Assembly (NCBI GenBank): GCA_013239625.1
Contig: MU053513.1
Location: 3,578,303-3,642,302 of the forward strand
Origin: Lama guanicoe
Lineage: Eukaryota
Length of the DNA: 64,000 bases
Reading direction: 5' to 3'
Shown: positions 51,501 to 64,000 of the stretch, in pieces
Layout: each line of letters opens with the position of its first letter
Position numbering within the stretch: the first letter of the stretch is position 1
Made by a program: the position numbers and the translations under genes
The notes under the pieces: generated by a model
What the model was told of the DNA's origin: nothing
Databases searched by the model: none
What the model saw: the letters and a program-made list of their open reading frames with translations, nothing else

Positions 51501-54500
51501 TTTATTTAATTAGGCTGTCTCTTTTTCTTGATGAGTTTCGCTAAAGAATTATCAATTTTGTTTATCTTTTTGAAGAACCAGCTCTTAGTTTTTTTTAGTC
51601 TCTATTTCATTTATTTTCTCCCTATTCTTTATTATTTCTTTTCTTCTACTAATTTTAGGCTTTGTTTGTTCTTAAAGTTCCTTTCAATATACATTTAGAT
51701 TGTTTGGGATTGTTGTTATTCAGGTAGACCCCCATCACTGAGTTTCCCTCTTAATACTGCTTTTGGTATGTCCCATAGTTCATGGAAAGTTGTGTTTTCT
51801 TTTTCATTTGTCTGAAGGTATTTTTTTATTTTCTCGGTTTTTTTTTTTTGGTGTTGTTGACCCATTGATTAGTAGCATGTTGTTTAGTCTCTATGTGTGG
51901 TTTTTTGCTTTGTTTTGTTTTTTTAGTTTACTTCCTATAGTTGATTTCTAGTTTCATATCATTGTGGTCAGAAAAGATGCTTGATCTGATTTCAAATTCT
52001 TAATCTGAGACTTGTATTGTGGTCTAACATGTGATCTGTCTTGGAGAATGTGCCATATATACATGAAAAGAATGTGTGTTGTGCTGCTTTTGGATAGATT
52101 GTATATATCTATTAAGTCTAATGTATCCTAAGACCAATTTCCCTATTGATCTTCTGTCTAGATGATCTATCCATTGATATAAATGAGATAATAAAGTCCC
52201 CTACTGTTACTGTATTTCTGTCTATTACTTTCTTTATTTCTGTTAATATTTTGCTTTACACATTTAGGTGTTCCTATGTTTTGGGTACATAAGTGTTTAT
52301 AAATGTTATATCCTCTTGATGGACTGAACTTTTTTCATTATTTAATGCCCTTCATGTATTTTGGTAAAGTCCATTTTGTCTGAAGAGTATTGCTACCCCA
52401 GCTTTCTTTTTGTTTCCATTTACATGGGACTGGGATATCTTTTTCCGTCCCTTCATTTTCACTTTACATATGTGTTTTTAGAGCTGAAGTTATTTCCTTG
52501 TAGGTAACATATAGACAAGTCTGTTTTTTTTTTAATCCATTCAGCTACCCTGTGCCTTTTGATTAGAGCATTTGATCCATTTAAATTTAAAGGAATTGTT
52601 GGATAGGTATGTACTTACTGTATTGAAATTTGTTGTTTGGGTTTTTTGGGTTTTTTTTGTAGTTCTTCTCTGTTCTGTCTTCTCTTGGTTTCTTTCCTTA
52701 TGGTTTGATGGATTCCTTTAGTATTTGAATTCCTTTTTCTTTATTTTTTTGTGTATCCATTGTAAGTTTTTGGTTTGTGATGACCATTAGGTTCATATAT
52801 ACCAACCTGTATATATAGCCATCCATTTTAAGCTGACAGTCTCTTAAGTTTGAAGGCATCTAAAAGCACCATCTTTTTACTCCCTCTGCTCACATTTTAT
52901 GTTTTTGACATTATATTTTACATCTTCTTATTTCATGTATTTTTAACTACTCGTTATAGTTATAGTTGATTTTACTGCTTTTGCCTTTTAACCTTCAGAG
53001 TAGCTTTTTAAGTAGCTGATCCATTGCCTTTACTATATGTTTGCCTTTACCAGTGATATTTTTTCCTTTCATGTACTTTTAAAAATTTCTAATTGTGACC
53101 TTTTCTTCTCACTTTAAAGAAAATCCTTTAACATTTCTTGTAAGGGTGGTTTAAGGTGATGAACTCCTTTATTTTTGCTTGTCTAGGAAACCCTTTGTCT
53201 CTTCTTCAGTTATGAATTCTCTAACCTTGCCGATAGAGCATTCTCGGTTGTTTTTTCCTTTTAGCACTTTAAATATATCCTGCCATTCCCTTCTGGCCTA
53301 TAAAGTTTCTGCTGAAAAATCAGCTGATAGCTTATGGGGTTTTCCTTATATGGGATTAATTGTTTTTCTCTTACTGCCTTTGAGATTATCTCTTTATCTA
53401 TAGTTTTTGCCATTTTGATTATAATATATCTTGGTGTAGATCACTTTGGGTTCCTCTTGTTTGGGATTCTAGGATTTCTGTACCTAGATGTCTGTTTTTT
53501 TCCCAAGAATAGGAAGGTTTTCAGCCATTATTTCTTCAAATAAGTTTTCTGTCCCTTTCTCTGTCTCTTCCTTTTTTCTTGGACCCCATAATGCAAATGT
53601 TAGTATGCTTGATGTTGTCCCATAAGTTTCTTAAACTCTCCTCATTTAAAACAATTATTTCTTCTCTTTGCTGTGCTGATTGGGTGATATTCACTATTCT
53701 CTTGTCCAGGTTGCAGATCCGTTTTGGGGGGGAATCATCTAATCTGCTCTTGATTCCCTCTTTCACTTATTGTATTCTTCAGCTCTGATTGGTTCTGTCT
53801 TATATTTTCTGAGTCTTTGTTGAAGACCTCACTGTGTTTTTCCATTTTTCTCTCAAGATCAGTGAGCATCCATTTGACCATTTCTTTGAACTCTGTATCA
53901 GGTAAATCACTTACCTCTGTTTCATTAGAGTTTTTTCTTCCCCTTAAAACCCCCAGGGTTTTATTTTGTTTTTTCATTTGGAACATATTCCTCTGTCTCG
54001 TCATTTTGTTCGACTGTCTGGGTTTGTTTCTATGAATTAGGCATAACAGCTGCCTCTCCTAGTCTTGAAGGAGTAGCCTTATGTGGGAGTGTCTTCTTCA
54101 TAGATTGCTTGCACCTGGTAGCTTTGGTAGGCCAGCTGGAGCTGGAGCAGTTGTGGGCTGGGGGAAGTCTCAGGGCACATTGCACCAAGGTTGCTTTGGA
54201 AGATTGGCTGGAGCTAAGGTGAGGGTGGGCCAGGGACAGTCCTGAAACCTTGGTGGGGCAGCTAGAACAGGAGCAGGCTTGGGCTGGGGGCAGTCCCTGG
54301 GTGTACCACGCTGAGGTCACCTTGGAAGGATGGCTGGGTGTGGACCTGGGGGAGCTCTAAGGGTGATTCCACCAGGGGCACTTGCCAGCACCTCTGATCT
54401 TAGAGAGGGTTCCAGCAGTTCTCTGCTGGTTTGGCAAAAGTTCTAAGGTTAGTAAATGAATTTCCTTCCCATATAATCTAGATGCCCTTTAGGTTGCTGG

Positions 54501-54788
54501 GTTTTTGTTTGTTTTGCCGCATCTCAGGGCGGGTGAGCCAATGCTCGGTTCCCTCAGTAATATCCCTGCTTGCTGCAGGTCACAGTATCAGGGGTGAGGT
54601 TTCCATGAATATCATTTCTCTGTCTTTCCTATCCATTTCTATGTGGTCCTTCTGTTTGCAGAAGCTGTTCAATCAGCCCTCTGGTCTTGTTCAGGAGGAA
54701 TTGCTCTGTATGTAGGTGTAGATCTGGTGTGTCCATGGCAGGGGGTGAGTTCAGGTCCCTCTGTGCCACCTCTTGGACCCTTTCCTGT
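48573..54788 (-). mobile_element. Full-length decayed LINE-1 (~6.2 kb; L1MA9/L1M3-like 5' end)
   Basis: On the + strand: poly-T and 3'UTR at ~48570, ORF2 remnants (ORFs 49312..49503 and 51191..51403, [23 protein letters not shown]), inter-ORF spacer, ORF1 remnants (53536..53766; 53735..54004, MTRQRNMFQMK...) and a GC-richer 5'UTR. TSD ctctgtatttcaactttt (48555-48572) / ctctgtgactcaactttt (54789-54806), followed by aa (TTTT/AA site). Confidence 0.93.
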
Positions 54789-55599
54789 CTCTGTGACTCA
54801 ACTTTTAATGCCAAAGCAGAGGAGGAAGAGTTCAACACACTAAGTGATACACACACTATGCTGACACCCACCAAACACTCTTGCGAGATCTAAAGTGCCA
54901 GTATTAAGTGGACATCTCAAACTACTCTGATAACACAGTGCTGTCTCCTAAATTTATCCAGTTCTCATAACTTTTTGCTTATTTTTGAAATGGTTTGTGT
55001 CCTGTCACTGGAGAGGGAATTTAAATATCTAAAGGCGAGGTCCATTATCATGGAAAAATATGAGGAAAAGGTTACTAGAAAAAGCACACAAAACTCAAGA
55101 AAAAAATGTAGATTCCCCTGTTGTAAAAATGTCTGAGAGAAGTTAGAAACCACTTTGACTTGTAAAATAGTTTGAAATAAAAAGCCTATATCCATAGCAC
55201 TCCCTTTGAAAACTTCTAGTCTCAAAATGTGGAAGGAAATAAAAAGAAATCGTTTCACTGGATGGCTAATTCTTCAGAATGCAAATGTGAATTGAAGATG
55301 TACTCTGAGCCTGGCATTTATTTGCCTCATTCTGAATGAAGCAAATGGCCTGATGTGATCAATTATTTATCAGTGTGACCCTCTTCCACAGGAAAATGTG
55401 GACTAACACAGATGCTTAAAATTCATAGCCTGTTCCTTTTATTCCCCAATATGTGAACTTGTTCTTTTTTTTTTAAATGTTTTTACACTTTAAAGAGTTA
55501 GCACCTACAAATTATTTCTAATAACAATGAAAATAATGAACCTAACAATAATATTTTAAATGATGCAAGTGCCTTTAAATCAAAGGATTTAAAGTAAAG

Positions 55600-57480
55600 T
55601 ATTGATTAACTGTGTGCTTCTTTTGTGCCAGGTACTGTACTAGGTGCTAGAAATACAAAGATGAACTAAGCAAAATTCCTATTCGAAAGAGCTTTCAGTC
55701 TAGTAGGAAAGGAAGATAATAAAAGGATTAATGTGTTAAGTGCAATAATGGAGTTTTTGACAGGCAAACTGGAAGCAAAGATGAGTGTGTCTAGTGTTGC
55801 CTGGAGTAGGGAAAGGGGAGTCTGGAAAAACCTCAGAGTAGAAGTGAACTTGGAGCTGGTTCTGGTTCTTGAAGACATTCCACGAAAAGTCAGAAGCATA
55901 CTTCAAAGCCCAGAGGCCTGAGAGCTGTTGTCCTGGAAGTGGTTTGGGGAGCACCCAGTGTGCACATGTGTGACTGGTGGGGGGCCTGAGGAGCAGGCCG
56001 ACGTGGGGAGCAGTGATGCTGAAGGTGCATAGAGCAAAATCATCAAGGGTTTATTCAACATGTCAATGTGTTTGGTATTTTGTTCTACAGACTCAGAGGA
56101 GACATTGAAGGATTTTAAGTAAGAAATAGACAGAATCAGATTTGCACCTTAGAAGCTTTTATTGACCAAGCAGTTAGAGAATACTACACTGTACCAGACC
56201 TTATGGCGAACACCAGAGACACAAACCTCCTAGACATGATCCCAAGCTTCACAGCTTGTCCTTGTCCTGTGTGTATGCTTGTGTTAAAGAAGGAGGGGAG
56301 AAGAGTGCTGCAGTCAAACCAAAGACTGCAGCATAGTGAGGTAAACACTGTAGAGGTGCAGGTTGCAACGGAAGCCCTAAGGCGAGAGTAAGTCATGTGG
56401 AAGAGCTTGCCTGATACGGTCCTTCTTCAAGGTAACTGAAGGACCTGTAAGAGCTTTGCTTCATGTAGAAAAGGGCAAGAAGTAACCCAGAGAGTGCCAG
56501 AGGTGTGAAGAAAGAGACTGTGCGTGACTTGTGTTACAGGATTGCAAGTACTTACAGTAGTAGGAGGGAGAGTGGTTGGGAGATAAAACTGCTTCATTGC
56601 TTCCATGGCAAGAGCGCAGCTAGTGAAGAGCACTGTATCCGGAGGCAGGGAGTTTGAACTTTATTCTAAAGGGCATGAGATGAATCTTGAAAATTCTAAA
56701 CTTGTATCCATCTTGGGACTTTGTAATTGTTATTCCTCTAACTGAAATAATGTTGGCCGCAGACCTTTGCATGGCTGGTTCCCTATTATCATCCAAATCT
56801 TAACTGCCATTGCCCGAGGCCCCTTCATGACAACCCAGTTCTCTATTCACTGTCTACCACATCATTTAATTGTATTTCCTTTATAGAATTCATCACTGTT
56901 GAAAACTTCTTTATTCATCTTTTTTGCTTACATAATTAATGTCCTGTCTAAAATATCAGGTCTATGAGAAGCAAGAATCTTGCCTATTTTGTTCATCAGT
57001 AACCCCTGGGGTGAGAAAAGTCCCTAATACATAATATATATTTGTTGACTGACAAAATGAACTATTATCCTAGCTTCAAAACCAAGGATATACTGGAAAT
57101 AACAGAAACTAGTTGAAATGAAGGCAGGACACCATTTAGAAGACTCTTTCAGTAATCTAGTTGACAAAAAGTTAAAACCTAGACTAAGGCAATGGCTCTG
57201 GGAGAGAAGAAATCTAAGCGGTAATAAGAAGACAAAAATCTACAAGGTTCTGGGACTGATTGTATGTTGGAGGTCAGAGAGCGACTCAAGCATGGCTGTG
57301 TGTAATAACTAAATGGATTGTGGTTATATTCACCAAGGTAGGGAACACATGAAAAGGAGCAGAAACGATGGTGAAAAGCAGAGAAAATCATGAGTCTAGG
57401 TTGTGAAATGTGGAGTTTGAGATGCTTGTGGCCTATCCAAGCGAGAATATTTAGTAGAAAGTCAGACATATGCTTCTGAA
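55600..57480 (-). mobile_element. LINE-2 fragments (mostly - strand; a + strand piece at ~56700-57055)
   Basis: tgtgccaggtactgtactaggtgctagaaatacaaagatgaa...cattgaaggattttaag...atcagatttgcaccttaga. Confidence 0.65.
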
Positions 57481-58976
57481 GCTCTTTGAAATACTGATTT
57501 ATTTCTTTGAACTTAAAAAAGTATCTAAATAAAAGGGGAAATTTGAAAGAATGTTAAAATCTAATAGAAAAATGTGTAAGTTTTCTCTGAGAATTACTTC
57601 CTGATCATCCCTAAACTGAGCTTCAGAACCTTCCTTGATACCCTCAGAGTACTCTGTGTGCTTATAATACTGTGTTGTAATTAGTTGTTTGCTTGGCTAA
57701 CTCCTCAATTAAACTGTGAGTTCTGCCAAGTAGAGCTGCATATAATAGATCTGTAAATAGCAGTTAGGATCATGTTACACCCTCTATTCAAATGTCACGA
57801 ATGAATTCCCGTTGCTTGAAAGTTAACTCCCAATGCCTTAACGTGATATTAAAATCTCAACACAAATTTGTCTTACTGTATCTACCTAAACTATTCCCTC
57901 ACTGGGGTTTCTAAACCCTTGAATGAACTCTCTGTTGAACAAACCAGTTGTGTTCATTTCTGCAGGATCTGAAAATGGATTTTGTCAGTGTCCTAGAATT
58001 ACCCTAACCTAAGGATGATGACTGGTACTAACAAATCTCACAGGAGACTGATGTATAAAACCAGAATGCCAGTGCAACCATTTCTATTGTGAAACGTATT
58101 TGCTGAGAAGGTCTGATGTTCCTTTTGGCCTGACCAGCACCTTGCTCCCGTTAGGCAAACTACACACGAAACCTACTTGTCAAACTTTGAACTTTGTTGA
58201 TGGATGTATAGTCAGAACAAGGAGATTACATGAGTAGATTGGCTAATGGCATCAGGCTTTGCCAGCCTCTGCTGTCTTTTGCCAGAGCCGGATCCTTACA
58301 TTGGATCCTCATATCAATTTGTCTTGGTGCCTTACCCTGGAGAGTGCTTAAATGAGCAGGGCTGTCTGATCCTCCTTTGCACTTCTCTTTAGATATGTTA
58401 ATAAATTTAAAAAGTTTAAAATCAAGGCTTGCTGGCTTGAGAGGCTTACAGTCTCATGGAGGTGACTGAACATTATATGTCATGTGTGACTATGTACATT
58501 CTGTATTGATCCATAGAAATCTCAGAAAGCAGTATCATTGTCTGTGCCTTCACATTTGGGGAAGCATCTTAGTGTCACATCAGGTGGTAGTCTTCCTTGC
58601 TCCATGGCCCTGCTCAGGATCTACCTCTTCTGCCTCAGTCTCAGAGTCCCTTCCCTCCACTGAAATCCTGCAGCTTTTCCTGTGGATGGTAAACAGCACA
58701 TGACACTGGTGATTGCTCTTTAATTTCTGGTACTCATGTATTGTCTCATCATCTGGTTTGTACTTCCCTTGAAGGACAGAGATCTGCACTCAGTATGTGT
58801 GTGAGTCATGAATGATGAGGACTGACTCCCTCCCCCTGTCAACACAGTACTGGGTAGAGCACCTGCTCCTTGGATGGCATTCTGTTGTAAGGAATGGGAT
58901 TATTTCTTCCATGGCTGTGCTTAAAAATGTCAAGATTCTATTAATTTTCATCCTCTTTCAGCTGCGTTTTCTATTT

Positions 58977-59028
58977 GATAGATAAATAAATAAATAAATA
59001 AATAAATAAATTAATTAATTAATTAATT
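58977..59028. repeat. (GATA)/(TAAA)n/(TTAA)n compound microsatellite
   Basis: Seen directly in the sequence. Confidence 0.9.
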
Positions 59029-59889
59029 GGATCTCCATGTCCTGAGAAGATAGTACAGGCCTTTATTACAGGTGCCAACTTTAGCAATTTGGACTTTATT
59101 TTTCCACACTGGAATCACAGGTCGAGCAACTAGTCATGACATTTTAATGATTTTTCTCCAACACAAAAAGAATGAGATAAACAGAATAAATTGAACTTTT
59201 TGTACTGGGACCTGTAAATCTTTGACCTGCTTTGACACAGCATACTCAAATCTACACTGTGGACAGTGTCATGCCCTCTGTGGATACTTCATAAAAACTA
59301 ATTGAATTGAAAAACAGTCTGAAGTGTATTCCATAAGCTCTAGTAATGCACATAGTTCAGAGGACTGTGGTACTACTGTCCTATTACCTGAGCATCTCAT
59401 TTAGGAATCTGAACTCCCATATCACACCCATGTCATCTGAAAATGATGTAGGATTTGGTTAACTTCTCAGCAAGAGTGTTAAATCATGACGTTACAGTCC
59501 GAATGTTCAAACCTATGAGTGAAGTTTATATACGGTGGCTGTTTTGCCTCAAATGTGACAGTTCTGTGGCCATTACTCAGCCTCTTATGAGGGTTACACT
59601 GTGTTTATCCATAGGTTATATGCCACACTGCTTCCTCCCCATCCTTGTTTTCTTTTATTCCTGCAGTAAATATTTGTAATGCACATTAATCTATGATAAG
59701 AATTATGCCAGTTGGTAATAATGCAAAGATAGGATGTTCTTGTCCTCAAGGAATGAGCAAATAATAGAAGAGACAGACAACTGGGATGATTTTACAGTTC
59801 AAGTACTGCTGTGGAAGGGAGAACAGAGGACCTGGCTCTCAGCAGTGGATGCCTTGTGTGGCTGCTGTTCCAAAGATTACCTTTAATTT

Positions 59890-61560
59890 ATTCTCTTTCA
59901 ACAAATATTTATTGGTCATCTGTTATGTGCTCTGTCTCCTCTAGGCATTAGAGATACAGTGATGAGCAAGGTAGGCAAGGTACCTGTTCTCTTGGATAAC
60001 AGGACAGATAACATCTGAGAAATGAACATGACAATTCCATAAGATGAGTAAGAAGAAGAAAATAAAACAGGGTGATGTGATAGTGCCTAACTGAGTGTGG
60101 AGGGGAGCATTCATTTCGATTTGGTGATCAGGGAGGATTTCTCTATGGAGGTGGTAACTGAAATGGGACTTGAATGATAAGGAGAAGCCAGCCAGGCAAA
60201 GACTGAGGACAGAGCATTTCAGATAGAGGAACAGCAAAATGTAGAACTCCTAAGCAGGAATAAGCTTAGGATGTTCAAGGAGCAGAAAGAAGTCCAGTGT
60301 AAATGCAGCATGGTGGATGGGGGCAGGGCAGTGGGGAGTGGGTTGGTAGGAGACCCCTGTAAGCACGTTACAGTAAATGCAATGGAAAAACCATTGGAGG
60401 GTTTTAGAAGGAGAGTAAGTTAATCTAGTATGTTTAAAAAAACTCATTCTGACTGCTGTGCGGAGAATGGCTTTTGAGAGTCCAGATGCAGGAGCAGGGA
60501 GATGAATAGGAAGCTTTCTCAGTCACCTAAGTGGAGGAGTCAGTGACTTGGACTAGGGTGGTGGTAGTGGAGATGGAGAGATGTGAATGGATTCAAGATA
60601 TGCCTGGTGGCAGTGCTCACTGATGTGAATGGTAAGAGAAAGGAAGAAATCAGGGATAACTGCTATTTAGATCTACGGCATGAACAGTTGGGTGTGTGTC
60701 AATCCCCTGCACTAAGAGTGGAAAGAGTAAGGGGGCGAGCAGATTTTCTAGGCAGAAATCAAGACTTCTGTTTGGGCTGTGTCAAGGTTGAGATGTGGAA
60801 TAGACATCCATGTGATGATGCTCTGTGGGAGCTGGGAGGTCAGGGAAGAATAAAGTGAGGGCTGGAGATTGAGAGTTGGGAGTCACTGGCATTTAGATCA
60901 TATTTAAAGCCAAGTGTCTGGATGAGATCTCTTAGAGGGTGGAGACGAGACCCAAGGGCAAAACTCTGGATTTGACAACAATGGGAAGTCAAGCAGAGGT
61001 GGAGAAGCCAGCAAAGGAGCACTCAGTGAGCTAGGAAAAAAGCCAAAAGTATGCCATGTTGTGGACACTAAAAGAAGAGAGATTCAAGAAGGGACCACTG
61101 GGTCTGGCAATATGAAAGCCATCAGTGACCTCATCACAGGCAGCCTCAGTGACATTGTGGGGCTCAAGTCTGACTGGGGAGAGTACATTAGAGAATGTGA
61201 GGTGAAAACTCAGAGGTGGCGACTAGAGACAACTCTTGCAATGTTTTATTGGAGGATGAGGGGAATCTGGGATCAAGTAGAGTTTTCTGAAGATAGAAGA
61301 TGCCAGAACATGGTAGTACGTGGTGCTGGAGGTGATCCAGGATACTGATGATGCAAGAGAAAGGGGAATTTCCGGGAGTGAAGTTCTGAAGGTAGAACCC
61401 AGAACACAACTGGAGAGTCTGGTCTTTGGTAGGAACAGGGATTCCTAATCTAGATTGCAAGATGGTGAGCAGGGAATAGAGTAGAGATGTTGAGTGTCAG
61501 TACTTTTGGTGATGAAAAGAATAAAGAGTCTTACTGGTTGCTTTTAATTTCTCGATGAAT
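59890..61560 (-). mobile_element. Long LINE-2 (L2a-like) fragment
   Basis: caacaaatatttattgg...gagcatttcagatagaggaacagcaaa...tgacttggactagggtggtggtagtggagatggagag...tttaaagccaagtgtctggatgagatc. Confidence 0.85.
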
Positions 61561-62460
61561 TCTGAGATAAGGTTATCACACAGGATGGGCTGGTCAGGGT
61601 AGAGGTGGAGGTGGCAGGTCCAGGTACAGCTGAAAGAAAAAAACAATCATTTTTTGAAAGTGGGAAAGTGAACATACATGTATTATTAATGCAGAATATA
61701 TATATGTATATATACATTATTGCATTTCCCATATAGAGAATATTATTCGAGTCTCAGAAAGACTTAAGGGAACCTAAAAACTGGTGATTGTTCTGATGGA
61801 GCATAAAGATATTTAGACACATATTAGATACCTGAAGTATGTCACCCAGAAGATCCTGAGGTAGCTGCTCCTGGCTGGCAGTACCCTGGGGTACTTCACA
61901 TTGAAGGAGGATCTGGAATAATATTTTGAAGAAAGGAACTTACTGACAAAGCAGGCATCCTTTATGTGATGACTTACAGATAGGAAAGCACGTACCATGC
62001 AAGGCAGATTTGCATTGCTAGATTGAAAAGCAGAAGCTAGATATACCATACAGCTGAAAAACAGAGGGGGCCGGACACACACATGAACTACTGGCAGGAT
62101 TTCATTTCAGTTATAATAGAGAAGGAGAAAAAAAGAGGGCTAGGCAAATTCCAGATCACACATTAATTTATTCCTTCATTCATAACTCTTATCTGTTGTG
62201 CACTGTGCGGCATAGAGAAATGAATGACACAGACTGCTCTCAACTGAAAATTTTAACTACCAGATTTAATATAAAAAAGAATGACTTACTAAATAGAGGT
62301 GTAAGCACAATTCAGTGGGACAGAGTAAAATGAGTAAAACGAATAATTATTGCTGATTGGAAGGACCAAGAAATGTTCCTTGAAGGTATCACTTGAGCCG
62401 GACCTCGGAGGAGGACAATCAGGTAGAGAATGAGGAAGAGAATTAGACTCACGAAGGCAT

Positions 62461-62860
62461 GTGTTGCAGACTGGGTTCTCCAGAAACAGGTGCTTAGATG
62501 GAGTTTGGGGTGCAACCCTTTATTAGAGGTCAACACCTGTGAAAAGAAGGGGAGGGGAGTGGGATTACACACAGGGAGATGTTAATCTGCCACCACACCA
62601 CACAAAACCCCAGCCCATGTTTCAGGGAGCTCTGGACTGAGCACTGCCCTGCCCAGGGGTCGGGAGTAACATTGAAATGGCTGTACCTCTGTGAGCTCAC
62701 CTGGCTCAGTTCCTGATCTGTCAGCTGTCCTGGAGGGGTGAAGCCACTGAAGTGGACCCTGAAGATGCTGGCAGCTAGAGGCTGTCTGTAACCACACTCA
62801 CCTCAGCCAGGCAGCAAGTTCTTTCTTGAAGGGGAACCTGGGTGGCACATCTTTCTGTGG
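62461..62860. mobile_element. ERVL-class LTR (LTR33/40/41-like)
   Basis: tgttgcagactgggttctccagaaacag...tttattagaggtcaacacctgtgaaaagaaggggagg resembles recalled ERVL LTR ends. Confidence 0.6.
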
Positions 62861-64000
62861 ACTATAATGTATGAGGGCACGGCTTGTCCCATCATGTTCC
62901 AGAAGAGTTGGAGCAGAGATGAGGGCAAAAGACATGTGGAGGCAACTTCTCTCCTAGCTATATATTTGGAAAAAAAAAAAAACCAGTAATTTGAAAAGAT
63001 ACATGCACAGCTGCTGAGTGAATTTGGTAGCAGGGGCGAGGGGCGGGGAAGACCATACATTGTGTCCATTTTCACTGGGATCAGTTATTCTTGGATTATA
63101 GTGTCCTTGACAGTTCACTCAGCACAGACGTCTAACCCTTTACCTTTAATGTGATTACAACTAAATTGTCACCAAGGGCCTCATATCCCCTCTTTTTGGA
63201 GAAGCTAATACTCATCTTTACTGCCATGTACCTGTATCAGAAAGCCCATACCTGTGTCAGAAGAATGTCTTAACATGTATTCACCAAACATTGAGCTCAG
63301 GCTGTTTGCTATTGAATGGATTGTTTTTCCTCACTTGCTCTCAATCCATCATTATATATATTTTAAATGCAAATTCTCTGGGTAGGGGGACTGGGAAGAG
63401 AGACTATTTTTTCTGTTAAAAAATTACAGATAGTTTGTGTCCAGACAGAGCAGGAGCCCATGAACAGGCACCTTCGGGAAGCCAGCAGGGGTGGAAGGCG
63501 GCGCGCAGCTTCCGCGGGCTTGGCCCTGGGGGGTGGCGCTCACTTGTGACTGGGCTGCGGAAAGTGAGATGAGGACTCTGGGGGCAGTTTTAGCAGCAGC
63601 ATCTCATTATTGAATTTCTCAGTCAGTCAGAAACCTGCAGTGTGGTGCAAGGTTACCAAGTCTAAATAGGAGCACAGAGGACTGGAGAAGATACAGATGA
63701 TATCAGGAAGCAGAAAGGCAAGGCCTGGAAGATTCCCTTCACTCACTAGCGTGACACCTTAACTGCTTCTTAGTGTAAGGACCCTGCATGGTTTTGATGC
63801 CAACGTTATTTTCTGGTTAGACCTGTGAGGAAAAACACCTGAATATCACAATTTACCTGGGTATTGATTTAATTTAAATCTTTTCCAAATTGTACGTTAG
63901 TTTTCAAATGATTATTTTGCTTCGTTAGTTAAATAAGGAATTATTACCTAACTAGTGTATGCAACTAGCAGTAAGTGTTACCTAAGACGCATTTCTATTT

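Noticed and set aside
45725..64000. Next SLC44A5 exon (SCTDVLCC...)
   Set aside because: Looked for but not seen; it presumably lies beyond the window end.

Overview
Mammalian, AT-rich, repeat-dense genomic DNA; the young SINE and L1 families suggest a camelid (alpaca/camel), which is an inference. The window lies in the large 5' introns of SLC44A5 (choline transporter-like protein 5, CTL5) on the + strand. One confidently recognised coding exon is at 45676-45724 (GDARTYDPDFKGPVAKR). A second well-formed 39-nt phase-1/1 exon at 18225-18263 (xGLSDPYSEGKIY) splices in frame to it. The rest is intron filled with transposon fossils: a full-length ~6.2 kb decayed L1 with a target-site duplication (TSD), young truncated L1s with TSDs, tRNA-Ala-derived SINEs, an ERV1 solo LTR, MLT1 and ERVL-type LTRs, Tigger/MER DNA transposons, L2 and MIR. 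None of the supplied ORFs is a stand-alone gene; the recognisable ones are L1 ORF1/ORF2 fragments. I found no convincing novel biological system. The best leads concern alternative 5' exon architecture of SLC44A5 and a probable short L1 3' transduction. Family assignments are from recalled consensus sequences, not from a search, and boundaries of old repeats are approximate.
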